A DNA stretch of 32,000 nucleotides from an uncultured bacterium (GTDB lineage: Bacteria; Margulisbacteria; WOR-1; CAVSGV01): assembly GCA_963699255.1 (NCBI GenBank), contig OY969425.1, positions 420,001 to 452,000 on the forward strand, read 5' to 3'. Both the position numbers and the translations under genes were made by a program. The notes below the pieces were generated by a model. That model worked only from the letters and a program-made list of their open reading frames with translations, made no database searches and had not been told where the DNA came from. Positions 9,109-18,920 of the stretch are shown here, piece after piece; position 1 is the first letter of the stretch; each line of letters starts with the position of its first letter.

Positions 9109-10160
9109 CGTATAGCTCCCATTGTTATCATCTGGCCTTTTTCTATGTTCCTTTTTGCCGTCATGTTCAATATCTTATCTTTCATCTTCGGCGCAAGGCC
9201 CGTGCCCGGCCTTTTGAATTCGATATTTTGGGGCGTTATCTTATCGCCTCGCTTTATTTTGACCTTCGCGACGATGCTTCTCCTCGCGTCCATTCTGGTG
9301 CGGATCTCCATCTTTGTGGGCTCAAGCTTTGAGGTCCCCAGCATCACCTCGGCTTTTCTTACAGCGCTTACAAGCGCCTTCAGTTCTTCCGGGTCCGATG
9401 AGAACCAGTGGTCGGGTCCGGGCAGGTTACGGTCAAGGGTAAAGTGCTTTTCGATGATCTTTGCACCCATTGCCGCGGCCACAACGCACGCTTCTATGCC
9501 TTCCGTGTGGTCGGAAAATCCGGTCACGATCTTGAACCTGTCTTTTATAGAGTTCATTTTCCTCATATTGACCTGCTCCGGTTTTGCGGGATAAGACGCG
9601 ACGCAGTGGAGAACAGCCAGTTTATCGTTGCCGGTTCTTCTGATCGTGTAGACGGCGTCGGCGATCTCGGACTGATACGCCATGCCGGCGGAAATGATCA
9701 TCGGCTTGTTCTTCGAAGCGTAATATTTCATGAGCTCCAGGTTTGTCAGGTCATCTGAGCCCACTTTGATTATAGGCATGTCCGTTATCCTTAGCAGCAT
9801 GTCCAGGTCTGATGGGTTCTGGGGAGTGGAGAAGAAAATCATCCTTTTCTTTTTACAGTAAGAGCATATATCCTTCCATTCCGGCTCGCTGAACTGGTAT
9901 CTCCTGAACATTCCGATCGCCGATTCGGTGATCTTTTTCCCCTGCGATCTGTATGTGATGGTCTGTGCGGGGCTTGAAATGAATTCCTCGGCTTTGAACG
10001 TCTGGAACTTTACCGCGTCGGCGCCGCACTGTTTAGCCGTATCGATCATCCTCTTCGCCATTTTGACCCTGCCGTTGTGATTGATGCCGGCTTCGGCAAT
10101 GATGAATACAGGGCGCCCTTCACCGATCGAAAGCTTATCCGTTATTCTGATTGTCTTCAT
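9105..10160 (-). CDS. pseI: NeuB-family nonulosonic acid synthase (PseI/LegI/NeuB type) with C-terminal SAF domain
   Basis: PVFIIAEAGINHNG, DAVKFQTF, GFSDHTEG, and C-terminal RRSIVAKVKIKRGDKITPQNIEFKRPGTGL (SAF/antifreeze-like domain). ATGA overlap with the upstream gene. PseI versus LegI/NeuB specificity is inferred only from the pseB/pseC/pseG context. Confidence 0.85.
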   Translation of the reverse strand: MKTIRITDKLSIGEGRPVFIIAEAGINHNGRVKMAKRMIDTAKQCGADAVKFQTFKAEEFISSPAQTITYRSQGKKITESAIGMFRRYQFSEPEWKDICSYCKKKRMIFFSTPQNPSDLDMLLRITDMPIIKVGSDDLTNLELMKYYASKNKPMIISAGMAYQSEIADAVYTIRRTGNDKLAVLHCVASYPAKPEQVNMRKMNSIKDRFKIVTGFSDHTEGIEACVVAAAMGAKIIEKHFTLDRNLPGPDHWFSSDPEELKALVSAVRKAEVMLGTSKLEPTKMEIRTRMDARRSIVAKVKIKRGDKITPQNIEFKRPGTGLAPKMKDKILNMTAKRNIEKGQMITMGAIR

Positions 10161-11011
10161 TCCATCCCCTTAACTTTTGACGCGACATAATCCCTGGCTC
10201 TTCTCATGTCCTGCGTATCCAGCATGTCGATCGCTTCTTTCAACTCTTCCTTTAGGTCCTTGAATATCTTTTTCTGGATTATATTCTTGTTCACGAGCAG
10301 CAGATATGGTTTTTTGTTGAAGAGCCGAACGATATCGGAAACGGAAAAAGCCTTATTTGTTTTATACAGTTCATCGAACACCATGCAGATGAGGGCGTAG
10401 TCTTCGGGCGTGTCCAGGGTTACCCTGATATCGCGCCTGTTCAGTTCTTTGGGGACCTTCAGTACTCCGATCTCGAACTTTTCCGGATGAGACCAATAAA
10501 TGTACGGGGTGACGTGTTCCGTTTCTTCCACTTTTTTCGCGTTCATGAACGTTTCTTTCAGGGTGTCATAGGACATTATCTCCACGCTCATGCCGACGGG
10601 ATATGAGCCGCAGGCCGAATAATCGTTTTTATCCCTGATGTGCATCTTTATGGTCCTGTCTATGATGCCGGGATCTATGAAAGGGCAGTCGCTTGTCAGT
10701 CTCAAGACGATGTCGGAGCCGTTCTCTTTTGCTGCAAAGTAATACCTGGAAAGCACGTTCTCCTCGCTGCCCCGGAAGCATCCGATGTGCAACTTGCGTG
10801 AGAGCCGGTAGATCACGTCATCAGCTCGGTTCGTTGTTGTCGCGATTATGATCTGATCGACCATTTTGCTTCTTTTTATCCTTCTTATCATCTGCTCTAA
10901 GGCGGGTGTTTTGGATCCGTAGGGCAGGGGAAGCATGACCTTTCCCGGAAGCCTGGAGGATGTCATCCTTGCCTGTATTATTGCGGCGATCTTTAAAGGC
11001 TCTTTAGCCAT
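10157..11011 (-). CDS. SpsF-type (COG1861-like) cytidylyltransferase, candidate CMP-nonulosonate synthetase (PseF role)
   Basis: IAAIIQARMTSSRLPGKVMLPL ... QIIIATTTNRADDVI ... CFRGSEENVLSRYY is the SpsF / acylneuraminate cytidylyltransferase-family pattern. Confidence 0.7.
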   Translation of the reverse strand: MAKEPLKIAAIIQARMTSSRLPGKVMLPLPYGSKTPALEQMIRRIKRSKMVDQIIIATTTNRADDVIYRLSRKLHIGCFRGSEENVLSRYYFAAKENGSDIVLRLTSDCPFIDPGIIDRTIKMHIRDKNDYSACGSYPVGMSVEIMSYDTLKETFMNAKKVEETEHVTPYIYWSHPEKFEIGVLKVPKELNRRDIRVTLDTPEDYALICMVFDELYKTNKAFSVSDIVRLFNKKPYLLLVNKNIIQKKIFKDLKEELKEAIDMLDTQDMRRARDYVASKVKGME

Positions 11012-11931
11012 TCGTATTCCTCCCTTAATCCTTTCTTGATATCTATCTTTGGCCCGTAGCCTAAGACCCGTTTTGCCTTTGTAATATCGGCCGAGGTGTG
11101 GGCGACGTCGCCTTTTTGATTTTCCAGGTATTTTACTTTCGCCTTTTTACCGGAAATGTCCTCGATCAGCTTGATCGTGTCGTTCACCGAGATCCTTGAG
11201 CCTCCGCCTATATTGAAGATTTCCCCGGGCGCGCAGCCGCAGTTCGCCGCCTTCATGTTCGCGTCCACTACGTCAGAAACGAAAGTAAAATCCCTTGTCT
11301 GCCTGCCGTTGCCGTATACCGTTATGTCATCGCCGTTGATAATGGCCCTGATGAACCTGTTAAACCCCATGTCCGGACGCTGCCTGGGGCCGTAAACTGA
11401 AAAGTATCTTAAAGATACCACGGGGATCCCGTGATTTTTTGAATAAAGGTAGCACAGGGATTCCGCCGCGAGCTTTGTGACGCCGTACGGGGAGACTGGC
11501 CTGGGGGCGAAACTCTCTTTCGTCGGAAGCTTTTCCGAGTCACCGTAAATGGAGGAAGATGATGCAAAGACCATTTTTTTTATCTTTTTGTCCTTCAGGG
11601 CTTCAAGCAGCCTCTGGGTGGCAAGTATATTGTCCTCGACGTATACCGAAAAGCTTTTTCCCCAGCTTGCCCTGACGCCGGGCTGGGCTGCTTCGTGGAA
11701 CACAAAGTCCGTTCCGTCCAATAATCTTTCGAGGTCGCTGTCAAGAAGGTTTTCCTTCACAAGTTTGAATCCTTTGCGGCCGACGATCCCGGAAATATTC
11801 TTTTCCTTGATTACTTTTGAATAATAATCCGTGAAGCAGTCTATCCCGGTAACTTCAAAGCCGTCCTTCAGAAGTCTTTGGGAAAGATGCGACCCGATAA
11901 ACCCCGCGGCGCCGGTCACAAGGGCTCTCAT
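10993..11931 (-). CDS. NAD-dependent nucleotide-sugar epimerase (extended SDR, UDP-glucuronate/UDP-hexose 4-epimerase-like)
   Basis: MRALVTGAAGFIGSHL, catalytic YGVTKLAAE, YGPRQRPDM...RDFTFVSDV. Start refined from 11943 to the ATG at 11931, which forms an ATGA overlap with the pseC stop and has GGAGGA 5 nt upstream. The 11943 ATG lies inside that SD. Confidence 0.75.
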   Translation of the reverse strand: MRALVTGAAGFIGSHLSQRLLKDGFEVTGIDCFTDYYSKVIKEKNISGIVGRKGFKLVKENLLDSDLERLLDGTDFVFHEAAQPGVRASWGKSFSVYVEDNILATQRLLEALKDKKIKKMVFASSSSIYGDSEKLPTKESFAPRPVSPYGVTKLAAESLCYLYSKNHGIPVVSLRYFSVYGPRQRPDMGFNRFIRAIINGDDITVYGNGRQTRDFTFVSDVVDANMKAANCGCAPGEIFNIGGGSRISVNDTIKLIEDISGKKAKVKYLENQKGDVAHTSADITKAKRVLGYGPKIDIKKGLREEYEWLKSL

Positions 11932-13076
11932 TTGTTCCTCCATTTATCGATCGTGTCTTTGACCGATCCTGTCACGCGTCCGATGTCGTTTTCCGTCATT
12001 TTCTGGTGGATCGGAAGGGATATCTCGCTTTCATAGAAAGATTCGGCAATTGGGAAATCGCCCTTTTTGTATCCGAATTTATTTCTGTAATAAGGCTGTA
12101 GCGGAACGGGGATATAGTGTACGTTCACACCTACGCCCAGCTTCCTGAGTCCCTCGAAGAATCTGCCTTTTTCTTCCGATCAGATTTCCGCGGAGCCTTA
12201 TCGGATAAAGATGATATGACGACCGCGCGTATGCTTTTTCAACGGGAGTGCCGATCTCTTCCATGCCGGCAAAGCTCTTGTTGTACCTGTCCGCGATGTG
12301 CCTTCTTGTCTTGACGAACCTGTCGAGTTTTTTAAGCTGTGAAATTCCCAGCGCGCATTGCATGTCCGTCAGCCGGTAGTTGTATCCTAGGTCCCGCATT
12401 TCATAATACCAGGGTCCGTCGCCGACAATGTCCCGAGTTATGCCGTGGGTCCTGAATTTCAGCATCTTTTCATAGAAGTCCTTATTGTCCGTCAGGACCA
12501 TCCCGCCCTCGCCGGTAGTGATGTGCTTGACCGCATGAAAGGACAGAACGGTCATGTCCGCAAGGACGCCGATCTTTTTGCCTTTATATTTTGCTCCCAG
12601 GGAATGGGCGGCGTCTTCGATTACGATAAGGCCGTTTTTTTTAGCTATCTTGTTCATTTCATCCATATCGCATGGATGCCCGGCGTAGTCGACAGGGATT
12701 ATCGCCTTTGTTTTTGAATTTACCTTCCATTTTATCTGTTCTATGGAGATCAGAGCGGTGTCGGGATCGATATCCGCAAAAACCGGGGTTCCGCCGCAAT
12801 AGATAACGCAGTTCGCGGACGCGACGAACGTGGTAGGGGACGTTATGACCTCATCTCCCGGAGTGATACCTGCCGCAAAACACGCGCCGTGAAGGGCGGA
12901 TGTGCCGGAATTAAAGGCAACCGCGTATTTAGTTCCGCAATATTCGGCGACTTTGCTCTCGAACAGTTCAACTCTAGGGCCCTGGGTCAGAAAATCGGAC
13001 CTCAGCGCAGCGGCGACGGCTTTTATGTCGTCCGCGTCTATAGATTGTGTGGAGTAGGGGATATATCTTCTTTTCA

Positions 13077-13077
<1 letters not shown>
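11928..13077 (-). pseudogene. pseC: PseC-type DegT/DnrJ/EryC1 PLP aminotransferase, interrupted by a single-nt frameshift (or an assembly indel)
   Basis: Track ORFs 12079..13125 and 11928..12128 are one gene. Frame 1 carries IPYSTQSI..., [14 protein letters not shown] (PLP Lys) and SSYHLYPIRL, then turns to nonsense. The +1 frame continues EEKGRFFEGLRKLGVGVNVHYIPVPLQPYY...ISLPIH. Length 11928..13125 is 1198 nt = 3n+1. The likely true start is the ATG at 13077 (MKRRYIPY), overlapping the pseB stop (TAATG). Confidence 0.8.
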
Positions 13078-14159
<1,082 letters not shown>

Positions 14160-14165
14160 TCAAAC

Positions 14166-14813
14166 TCAATCGATCTTTAATGCTTTGGCCTGGTCGAGGT
14201 CTTCCTTGAAATCTATCTCTTTGGCCGCCAGGTCGCCTATGTCCACGGCCTTGAAATCCATCGGCAATATCTTGTCTATAGCGTCCTCATAATAAAGCAT
14301 TTTGTCCATTCCGTTTATCTGGTCTTTCAGCTTCCCGCAGAACTTTCCGGAGAACCTGTATATGCCAATAGCTTCTCCTTGTCCGCTGATGTTCTTTCCA
14401 ATCCTGACGATGTCATCTTTGCCTTCAAGCGTGACCTGGATCTCTTCCGGGTGCACGTTCTTGAATTCAACGGCCGCGCACGACGGCTTGTCCATGAGCC
14501 CGATTATCTTTTTGTCAAAGACAACGTCCCCGTTCAGAACGAGTGTGTCTTTCCCGTTCAATGCGAGGCCGAGAGAATGGATCGTGTTCGTTGTCTCATA
14601 ATCGGGATTGTGAACATATTTCAGGCCCGGATACCTTTTTTTTATAATGTCGGCTTTGAATCCCACCACCATGACCACGTCGAAACCCGTCAGCGCTTCA
14701 AGCTGCCGCTCAATGATGGTCTTGCCGCCGATCTTCAGGAAGCACTTCGGCAGTCCTTCCGTAAGATCCTTGAGCCGTTTTCCTATTCCCGCCGCCAGTA
14801 TTATCGCCTGCAC
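14166..14813 (-). CDS. Small sugar-/alcohol-phosphate nucleotidyltransferase (LicC/MobA-like NTP_transferase fold)
   Basis: MQAIILAAGIGKRLKDLTEGLPKCFLKIGGKTIIE is the G-x-G-x-R-L nucleotidyltransferase opening. 215 aa with no C-terminal LbH domain. GTG start with SD GAGGAG (14819-14824) 5 nt upstream. Substrate cannot be read from the sequence. Confidence 0.7.
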   Translation of the reverse strand: MQAIILAAGIGKRLKDLTEGLPKCFLKIGGKTIIERQLEALTGFDVVMVVGFKADIIKKRYPGLKYVHNPDYETTNTIHSLGLALNGKDTLVLNGDVVFDKKIIGLMDKPSCAAVEFKNVHPEEIQVTLEGKDDIVRIGKNISGQGEAIGIYRFSGKFCGKLKDQINGMDKMLYYEDAIDKILPMDFKAVDIGDLAAKEIDFKEDLDQAKALKID

Positions 14814-14818
14814 TAAAA

Positions 14819-14824
14819 CTCCTC
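14819..14824 (-). promoter_or_regulatory. Shine-Dalgarno (GAGGAG) of the nucleotidyltransferase gene, directly abutting the heptamer palindrome
   Basis: The minus strand reads ...CATCTC GAGGAG TTTTA GTG. Confidence 0.6.
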
Positions 14825-14886
14825 GAGATGTGAGATGTGAGATGCGAGATGCGATTTCACATCTCTCGTCTCGCGTCTCTCATCTC
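14825..14886. repeat. 62-nt palindrome built from 4+4 inverted heptamer repeats
   Basis: Plus strand: gagatgt gagatgt gagatgc gagatg | cgatttca | catctct cgtctcg cgtctct catctc. Arm-to-arm pairing over 27 positions is 22 Watson-Crick, 3 G-T and 2 mismatches. It fills almost the whole spacer between the msbA-like stop (14892) and the next gene's SD. Confidence 0.85.
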
Positions 14887-14891
14887 CTGAA

Positions 14892-16616
14892 TTATTCCTC
14901 ATCTCTGAACTGCATATCATATAATGTCTTGTATTTCCCGCCTTTTGCCAGGAGTTCTTTGTGGGAACCCTCTTCGATGATGCGGCCCTTGTCGAAAACA
15001 AGTATCCTGCCGGCTATCTGCACGGTTGAGAGCCTGTGCGCGATGATGAACGTTGTGCGGCCTACGATAAGTTTTTCCAGCGCGTCCTGGACAAGCCGTT
15101 CCGATTCCGTGTCAAGTGAGGAAGTAGCTTCATCCAGGATAAGGATCCTGGGATCCCTCAGTATCGCCCTTGCGATGGAGACCCTCTGTTTTTCGCCTCC
15201 GGAGAGAAGTGCTCCTCTCTCGCCGACCAGCGTGTCGTATTTGTTCGGCAGACCCATGATGAAATCGTGTATGTTCGCCGCTTTTGCCGCGCTTATTATT
15301 TCGTTGTCGGGCGCGTCAAAGCTGCCGTAGGAAATGTTCTCTTTTATAGTCCCCAGGAAAAGCACCGTGTCCTGATGGACTATGCCTATCTGCTTCCTCA
15401 GGGAATACAGCTTGCATTTTTTTACGTCAACGCCGTCAATGGAAACAGAGCCCGAAACGGCGTCATAAAACCTTGGGATAAGGTTCACAAAGGTCGTCTT
15501 GCCCGCTCCGGAGCGTCCGACCAGGGCGATGATCTCCCCGGGCTTTGTTCTTAAATTTATATTCTTCAGTATGGGAGTGCTTTTTACATAATGAAAATCA
15601 ACGGACTTGAATTCAACGGTCCCTTTAATCGGCGGAAGTTCGACCGCGTCCTTTGCGTCGGTGATCGCGGGTTTTGTGTCAAGAATCTCAAATATCCTTT
15701 CGGCGGCCGACAGGGACCGCTGTATCGCGATGGTTATCTTCCCAAGCGTTGAAATGGGGGTGGCAATAAGTCCTATGCCGACGAAGAAAGCTATCAGATC
15801 ATTTATCTTCAGCTGGCCCGCGACGACCTCATACGCGCCGTACCATATTACAATTACTACCGCAATGGCCTGGATCAGTTCAAGCAGAGGTTTCTGCGTG
15901 GCGTCGATCTGTATCTCTCTCATGGTAAGCCAGAAGCTTTTTTCCATCTCATCGCCGAACTTCTGCACCTCGTACTTTTCGGTGGTAAAGGATTTAATGA
16001 CCCTGATGCCGGCGACCTTTTCTGCGAGGATCGAATAGATGTCTCCGGCCTTTTTCTGGGTCTGACGGGCCGCTTCTCTTATCAGGGAGGAAAACCTTGA
16101 TATCGTGAATGTGATCACCGGCGCCACCAGAAGGGTCAGAACGGTAAGGCGCCAATTCAGCCTTATCAAATAGATCAGCGCGCCGGTCAGTGTCAGGATA
16201 TTCGGAAGTATCTCCGTGACGCTGAGCATCATGGCGTTCTGAAGGGATCCGGTGTCATTGACTATCCTTGCCATGACGTCGCCGACACGCCACTTGGAAA
16301 AGAAGTCAAAAGACAAGGTCTGGATATGGCTGTATATGTCTTTTCTCAGGTCAATGATCATTCTCTGTCCGGCAAAGGACATGAGATAAACCTGCCCGTA
16401 GCTTAAGAGGCTTTTAAAGAAATAAATGGCCACGGCTGCAAAAGCGATCATGTTAAGCAGATGGAAATTCTTTTCGGCTATCGCTTTTGTAAGGCCGCTT
16501 GCAATGGGTATAAGGGCGATGTTGCAGGCGGAGAGGAGAACAATGCATATCAGCGCGGCAAAGATATTCGCCGACATCGCTTTAATGTATTTAATAAGCC
16601 TAAGGTATAACTTCAT
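14892..16616 (-). CDS. msbA: MsbA-like ABC exporter (fused permease + ATPase; lipid A/lipid-linked glycan flippase family)
   Basis: Six-TM N-terminal half. Walker A GRSGAGKTT, signature LSGGEKQRVSIARA, Walker B ILILDEATSSLD, H-loop IIAHRLST. Adjacent to an LpxB-like gene. Confidence 0.8.
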   Translation of the reverse strand: MKLYLRLIKYIKAMSANIFAALICIVLLSACNIALIPIASGLTKAIAEKNFHLLNMIAFAAVAIYFFKSLLSYGQVYLMSFAGQRMIIDLRKDIYSHIQTLSFDFFSKWRVGDVMARIVNDTGSLQNAMMLSVTEILPNILTLTGALIYLIRLNWRLTVLTLLVAPVITFTISRFSSLIREAARQTQKKAGDIYSILAEKVAGIRVIKSFTTEKYEVQKFGDEMEKSFWLTMREIQIDATQKPLLELIQAIAVVIVIWYGAYEVVAGQLKINDLIAFFVGIGLIATPISTLGKITIAIQRSLSAAERIFEILDTKPAITDAKDAVELPPIKGTVEFKSVDFHYVKSTPILKNINLRTKPGEIIALVGRSGAGKTTFVNLIPRFYDAVSGSVSIDGVDVKKCKLYSLRKQIGIVHQDTVLFLGTIKENISYGSFDAPDNEIISAAKAANIHDFIMGLPNKYDTLVGERGALLSGGEKQRVSIARAILRDPRILILDEATSSLDTESERLVQDALEKLIVGRTTFIIAHRLSTVQIAGRILVFDKGRIIEEGSHKELLAKGGKYKTLYDMQFRDEE

Positions 16617-17823
16617 TTATCTCCTCAGTAATGCGTTTTGCCGCGCCTGGATCCCCGAGGGAGGATCTGAGCAGGTGACTCATCTCATCCAGTTTTTTTG
16701 CGTCACTAAGCAATAAAACGGCAGTCTCCGCCAGGGTTTTCGGCTGAACATCGCCTTTAAATTCCGGGACGATCTCTCTTCCGCATTTTATGTTCGGAAT
16801 GGCAAAAAATCTCGTCTTAAGAAGAAGTATTTTAACATAAATTTTCTTGAAAATATAGCCGATGAGGGGGATCTTCCCAATGATCTCGTATATCCCTTCA
16901 AGGGGGATCAGCTCGGAGCTTTTCTCCGGGAATACCACGATCATGGGAGTGCCCAGCACCGCCACTTCCGCGGTATTCGTTCCCGGGATCGTTATGGCAA
17001 GGTCAGAGGCGGCGATAACGTCGTGCTGGCCGCTGAAAATAAGCTTGATCGAAGTCCCATTATATTTGATCCGGTCATTGATGTTTTGAAGTCCGGCTTT
17101 GCTCAGGTGTTTCTTAAGCAGATCCTGCTTTAAAAAAGGGGAGATGATGAAAACGAACTGACAATCCTTGTTTAAAGCCTCTATATTGCTTGCGACCTCC
17201 GAAAAAAAGGAAAGGGTGTATTGTATCTGGAATTCCCTGCTGCCGGGAAGGAACGCGACAAGTTTTTTGCCTTTATCCAGGCCCAGTTCGCTGAACACCT
17301 GATCCTTCCCTTTTACAGCTTTTACGCTTTCCACCATAAGATTGCCGACGATCTTTATCTGATCTTCCGGATAGCCCTGCTTTTTGAATTTCTCGTAAAT
17401 AAGCCGGTCGGGGACAAGGAATTTTTTATATATCTTCGGCCATTTGGCATAAGCTTCCGAATATGCAACGGCGGGATATTTAAGCCTTTTTGCGATCATT
17501 TTGCCGTAAAGGACGTCTCCGCCCATGAAAACGACAGCACCGGTACTGCTGAATTTTATCCCCTCCGGCAATCTCCCCCTCAGCATCCACATGAAGAATT
17601 CATTTGCGCTTATGACCTTTGTTACTCCAGGAAGAGACTTTGCTATTTCGGTCTCCTTGCCGGTGGAGTAGGGGCAGGGGGTAAAAACGATCGTTATCCC
17701 GAATTGCGGATATCTTTCATGAAGCGCGTCAACGGTGGGCTTCACATATGAGGACAGCTCACCGGGTCCGTTGACCAGTATGACTACGTCGGGGTTTTCC
17801 TTGTTCCGGAAAGAGCTTTCCAT
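16600..17823 (-). CDS. lpxB: LpxB-family (GT19) lipid-A-disaccharide synthase-like glycosyltransferase
   Basis: It aligns by eye to E. coli LpxB blocks: FLPGSREFQI (LLPGSRGAEV), ASDLAITIPGTNTAEVAVLGTPMIVVF ([27 protein letters not shown]), FFAIPNIKCGREIVPEF (YVSLPNLLAGRELVKEL). The N-terminal half is divergent, as in 'LpxB-related' proteins. Confidence 0.65.
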   Translation of the reverse strand: MESSFRNKENPDVVILVNGPGELSSYVKPTVDALHERYPQFGITIVFTPCPYSTGKETEIAKSLPGVTKVISANEFFMWMLRGRLPEGIKFSSTGAVVFMGGDVLYGKMIAKRLKYPAVAYSEAYAKWPKIYKKFLVPDRLIYEKFKKQGYPEDQIKIVGNLMVESVKAVKGKDQVFSELGLDKGKKLVAFLPGSREFQIQYTLSFFSEVASNIEALNKDCQFVFIISPFLKQDLLKKHLSKAGLQNINDRIKYNGTSIKLIFSGQHDVIAASDLAITIPGTNTAEVAVLGTPMIVVFPEKSSELIPLEGIYEIIGKIPLIGYIFKKIYVKILLLKTRFFAIPNIKCGREIVPEFKGDVQPKTLAETAVLLLSDAKKLDEMSHLLRSSLGDPGAAKRITEEINEVIP

Positions 17824-18920
17824 AGTAAACTTTCTTTCAGGTCGACAGCATTATATTTGCACAGCTCTCGACAACAAAAACACATTATACACTTATTTTT
17901 GTTGATTTTGAACGATTTACCGTCGATCGCTTTTGCGGGGCATGACCTGACGCACATCATGCATTTGACGCACTTTTTGCCGTTGATCTTCGGCCGGACC
18001 TTTATCATGTTTATTATCGGTTTCAATATAAATTTAAATATTGCGGGCATTATGTTCAGGATGGCGGATACCTTGGTGGGATGTTCAAAATCCTTGTACT
18101 CCGGGAGCTTTTCGCCCAGCAGATCGATCTTGTCGATATCAGCTTCGCCAAGCCTTCTCTGGTACGCGATCCTTGTGGTCGGGATATCAAGGGGTTCAAA
18201 ATTCATGATTTTTGAACAGACAGCGTCAAGGGCTATAGTATCGGTCGAGGCTATAATGAGCCCAAGATCCCTTAATTTGCCGTTCGCGGGACCTTGCCCT
18301 TCCATTGCCGTGACAGCATCGGCTATCGTCACGGCCGGCCTGATCCTTTCAAAAAGGTCGACCAGCGCTTCCGAGAATTCTTCCCTCGAGGGAGTTTCAA
18401 GGTGGTAATTCACCTTGTGCAATCCGGGGACGCAGCCGAACATGTTCTTTATTCCGCATGTGAACAGGGTCAGTTCATGGGTCTTTAGCTTGGGGATATT
18501 GATGATCAGGTCGAACGACAGCGCGGTGTTCGAGATATATATGGGGTTTATTTTCCCGCCGGGGTTCTCGAATTTCCGCATTCCTTTCTCTTCAAAGTTA
18601 ACGATGGGGATACCAAGAGCCCGCATTCCGGTCGCTTTCAATACCTTATCATATAAAAGGTTGGCCCCTCCGGGGCTGTCGCCGATAAAAGGGGAGGCGC
18701 CGAGTTTTTTTACCTCATCGGCTATTGCTTTCACTATCGCCGGGTGCGTCGTTGCTCCCCGTTCGGGAGGGAGATCCGTAAGCAGGTTGGCCTTCAGGAG
18801 GACTTTTTGCCCGGGGCTTATCAGGCCGGATAAATCCAGGAGCTCGAATATCCGCTCGATAGATGAGGCGACGCTTTGTGGCGAATAATCACCGCATTTT
18901 ACGATGGCGACTTTTGGCAT
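17784..18920 (-). CDS. DUF362 domain protein with C-terminal 2x[4Fe-4S] ferredoxin-type domain
   Basis: KVAIVKCGDY...GQKVLLKANLL...GATTHPAIVKA is the DUF362 opening. C-terminus has CVKCMMCVRSCP and CIMCFCCRELC cysteine clusters. It overlaps the lpxB-like start by 40 nt. Confidence 0.8.
   Translation of the reverse strand: MPKVAIVKCGDYSPQSVASSIERIFELLDLSGLISPGQKVLLKANLLTDLPPERGATTHPAIVKAIADEVKKLGASPFIGDSPGGANLLYDKVLKATGMRALGIPIVNFEEKGMRKFENPGGKINPIYISNTALSFDLIINIPKLKTHELTLFTCGIKNMFGCVPGLHKVNYHLETPSREEFSEALVDLFERIRPAVTIADAVTAMEGQGPANGKLRDLGLIIASTDTIALDAVCSKIMNFEPLDIPTTRIAYQRRLGEADIDKIDLLGEKLPEYKDFEHPTKVSAILNIMPAIFKFILKPIINMIKVRPKINGKKCVKCMMCVRSCPAKAIDGKSFKINKNKCIMCFCCRELCKYNAVDLKESLLWKALSGTRKTPT

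Noticed and set aside
12166-12179. The two frameshifts (here and at 4811-4823) as phase-variable switches or programmed frameshifting
   Set aside because: The runs are only 3-5 nt, far shorter than typical contingency tracts. No slippery heptamer plus downstream structure is evident. Assembly error or simple pseudogenisation is more parsimonious.
14825-14886. Heptamer repeats as a CRISPR array or minisatellite
   Set aside because: The units are 7 nt with no spacers, and the arrays are inverted relative to each other. There are no cas genes. This is a palindrome, not a CRISPR.
14813-15001. 62-aa minus-strand ORF reading through the heptamer palindrome (…DVKSHLASHISHLEEF)
   Set aside because: It overlaps the C-terminus of the msbA-like gene in another frame. 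Its repetitive tail is simply the heptamer repeat translated. No independent start signal.
17784-17823. 40-nt overlap between the DUF362 gene end and the lpxB-like start as a sign of a mis-called start or fused gene
   Set aside because: No alternative in-frame start exists before the conserved VILVNGPGE block, and the frames differ, so a fusion would need an indel. This is treated as an ordinary overlap.
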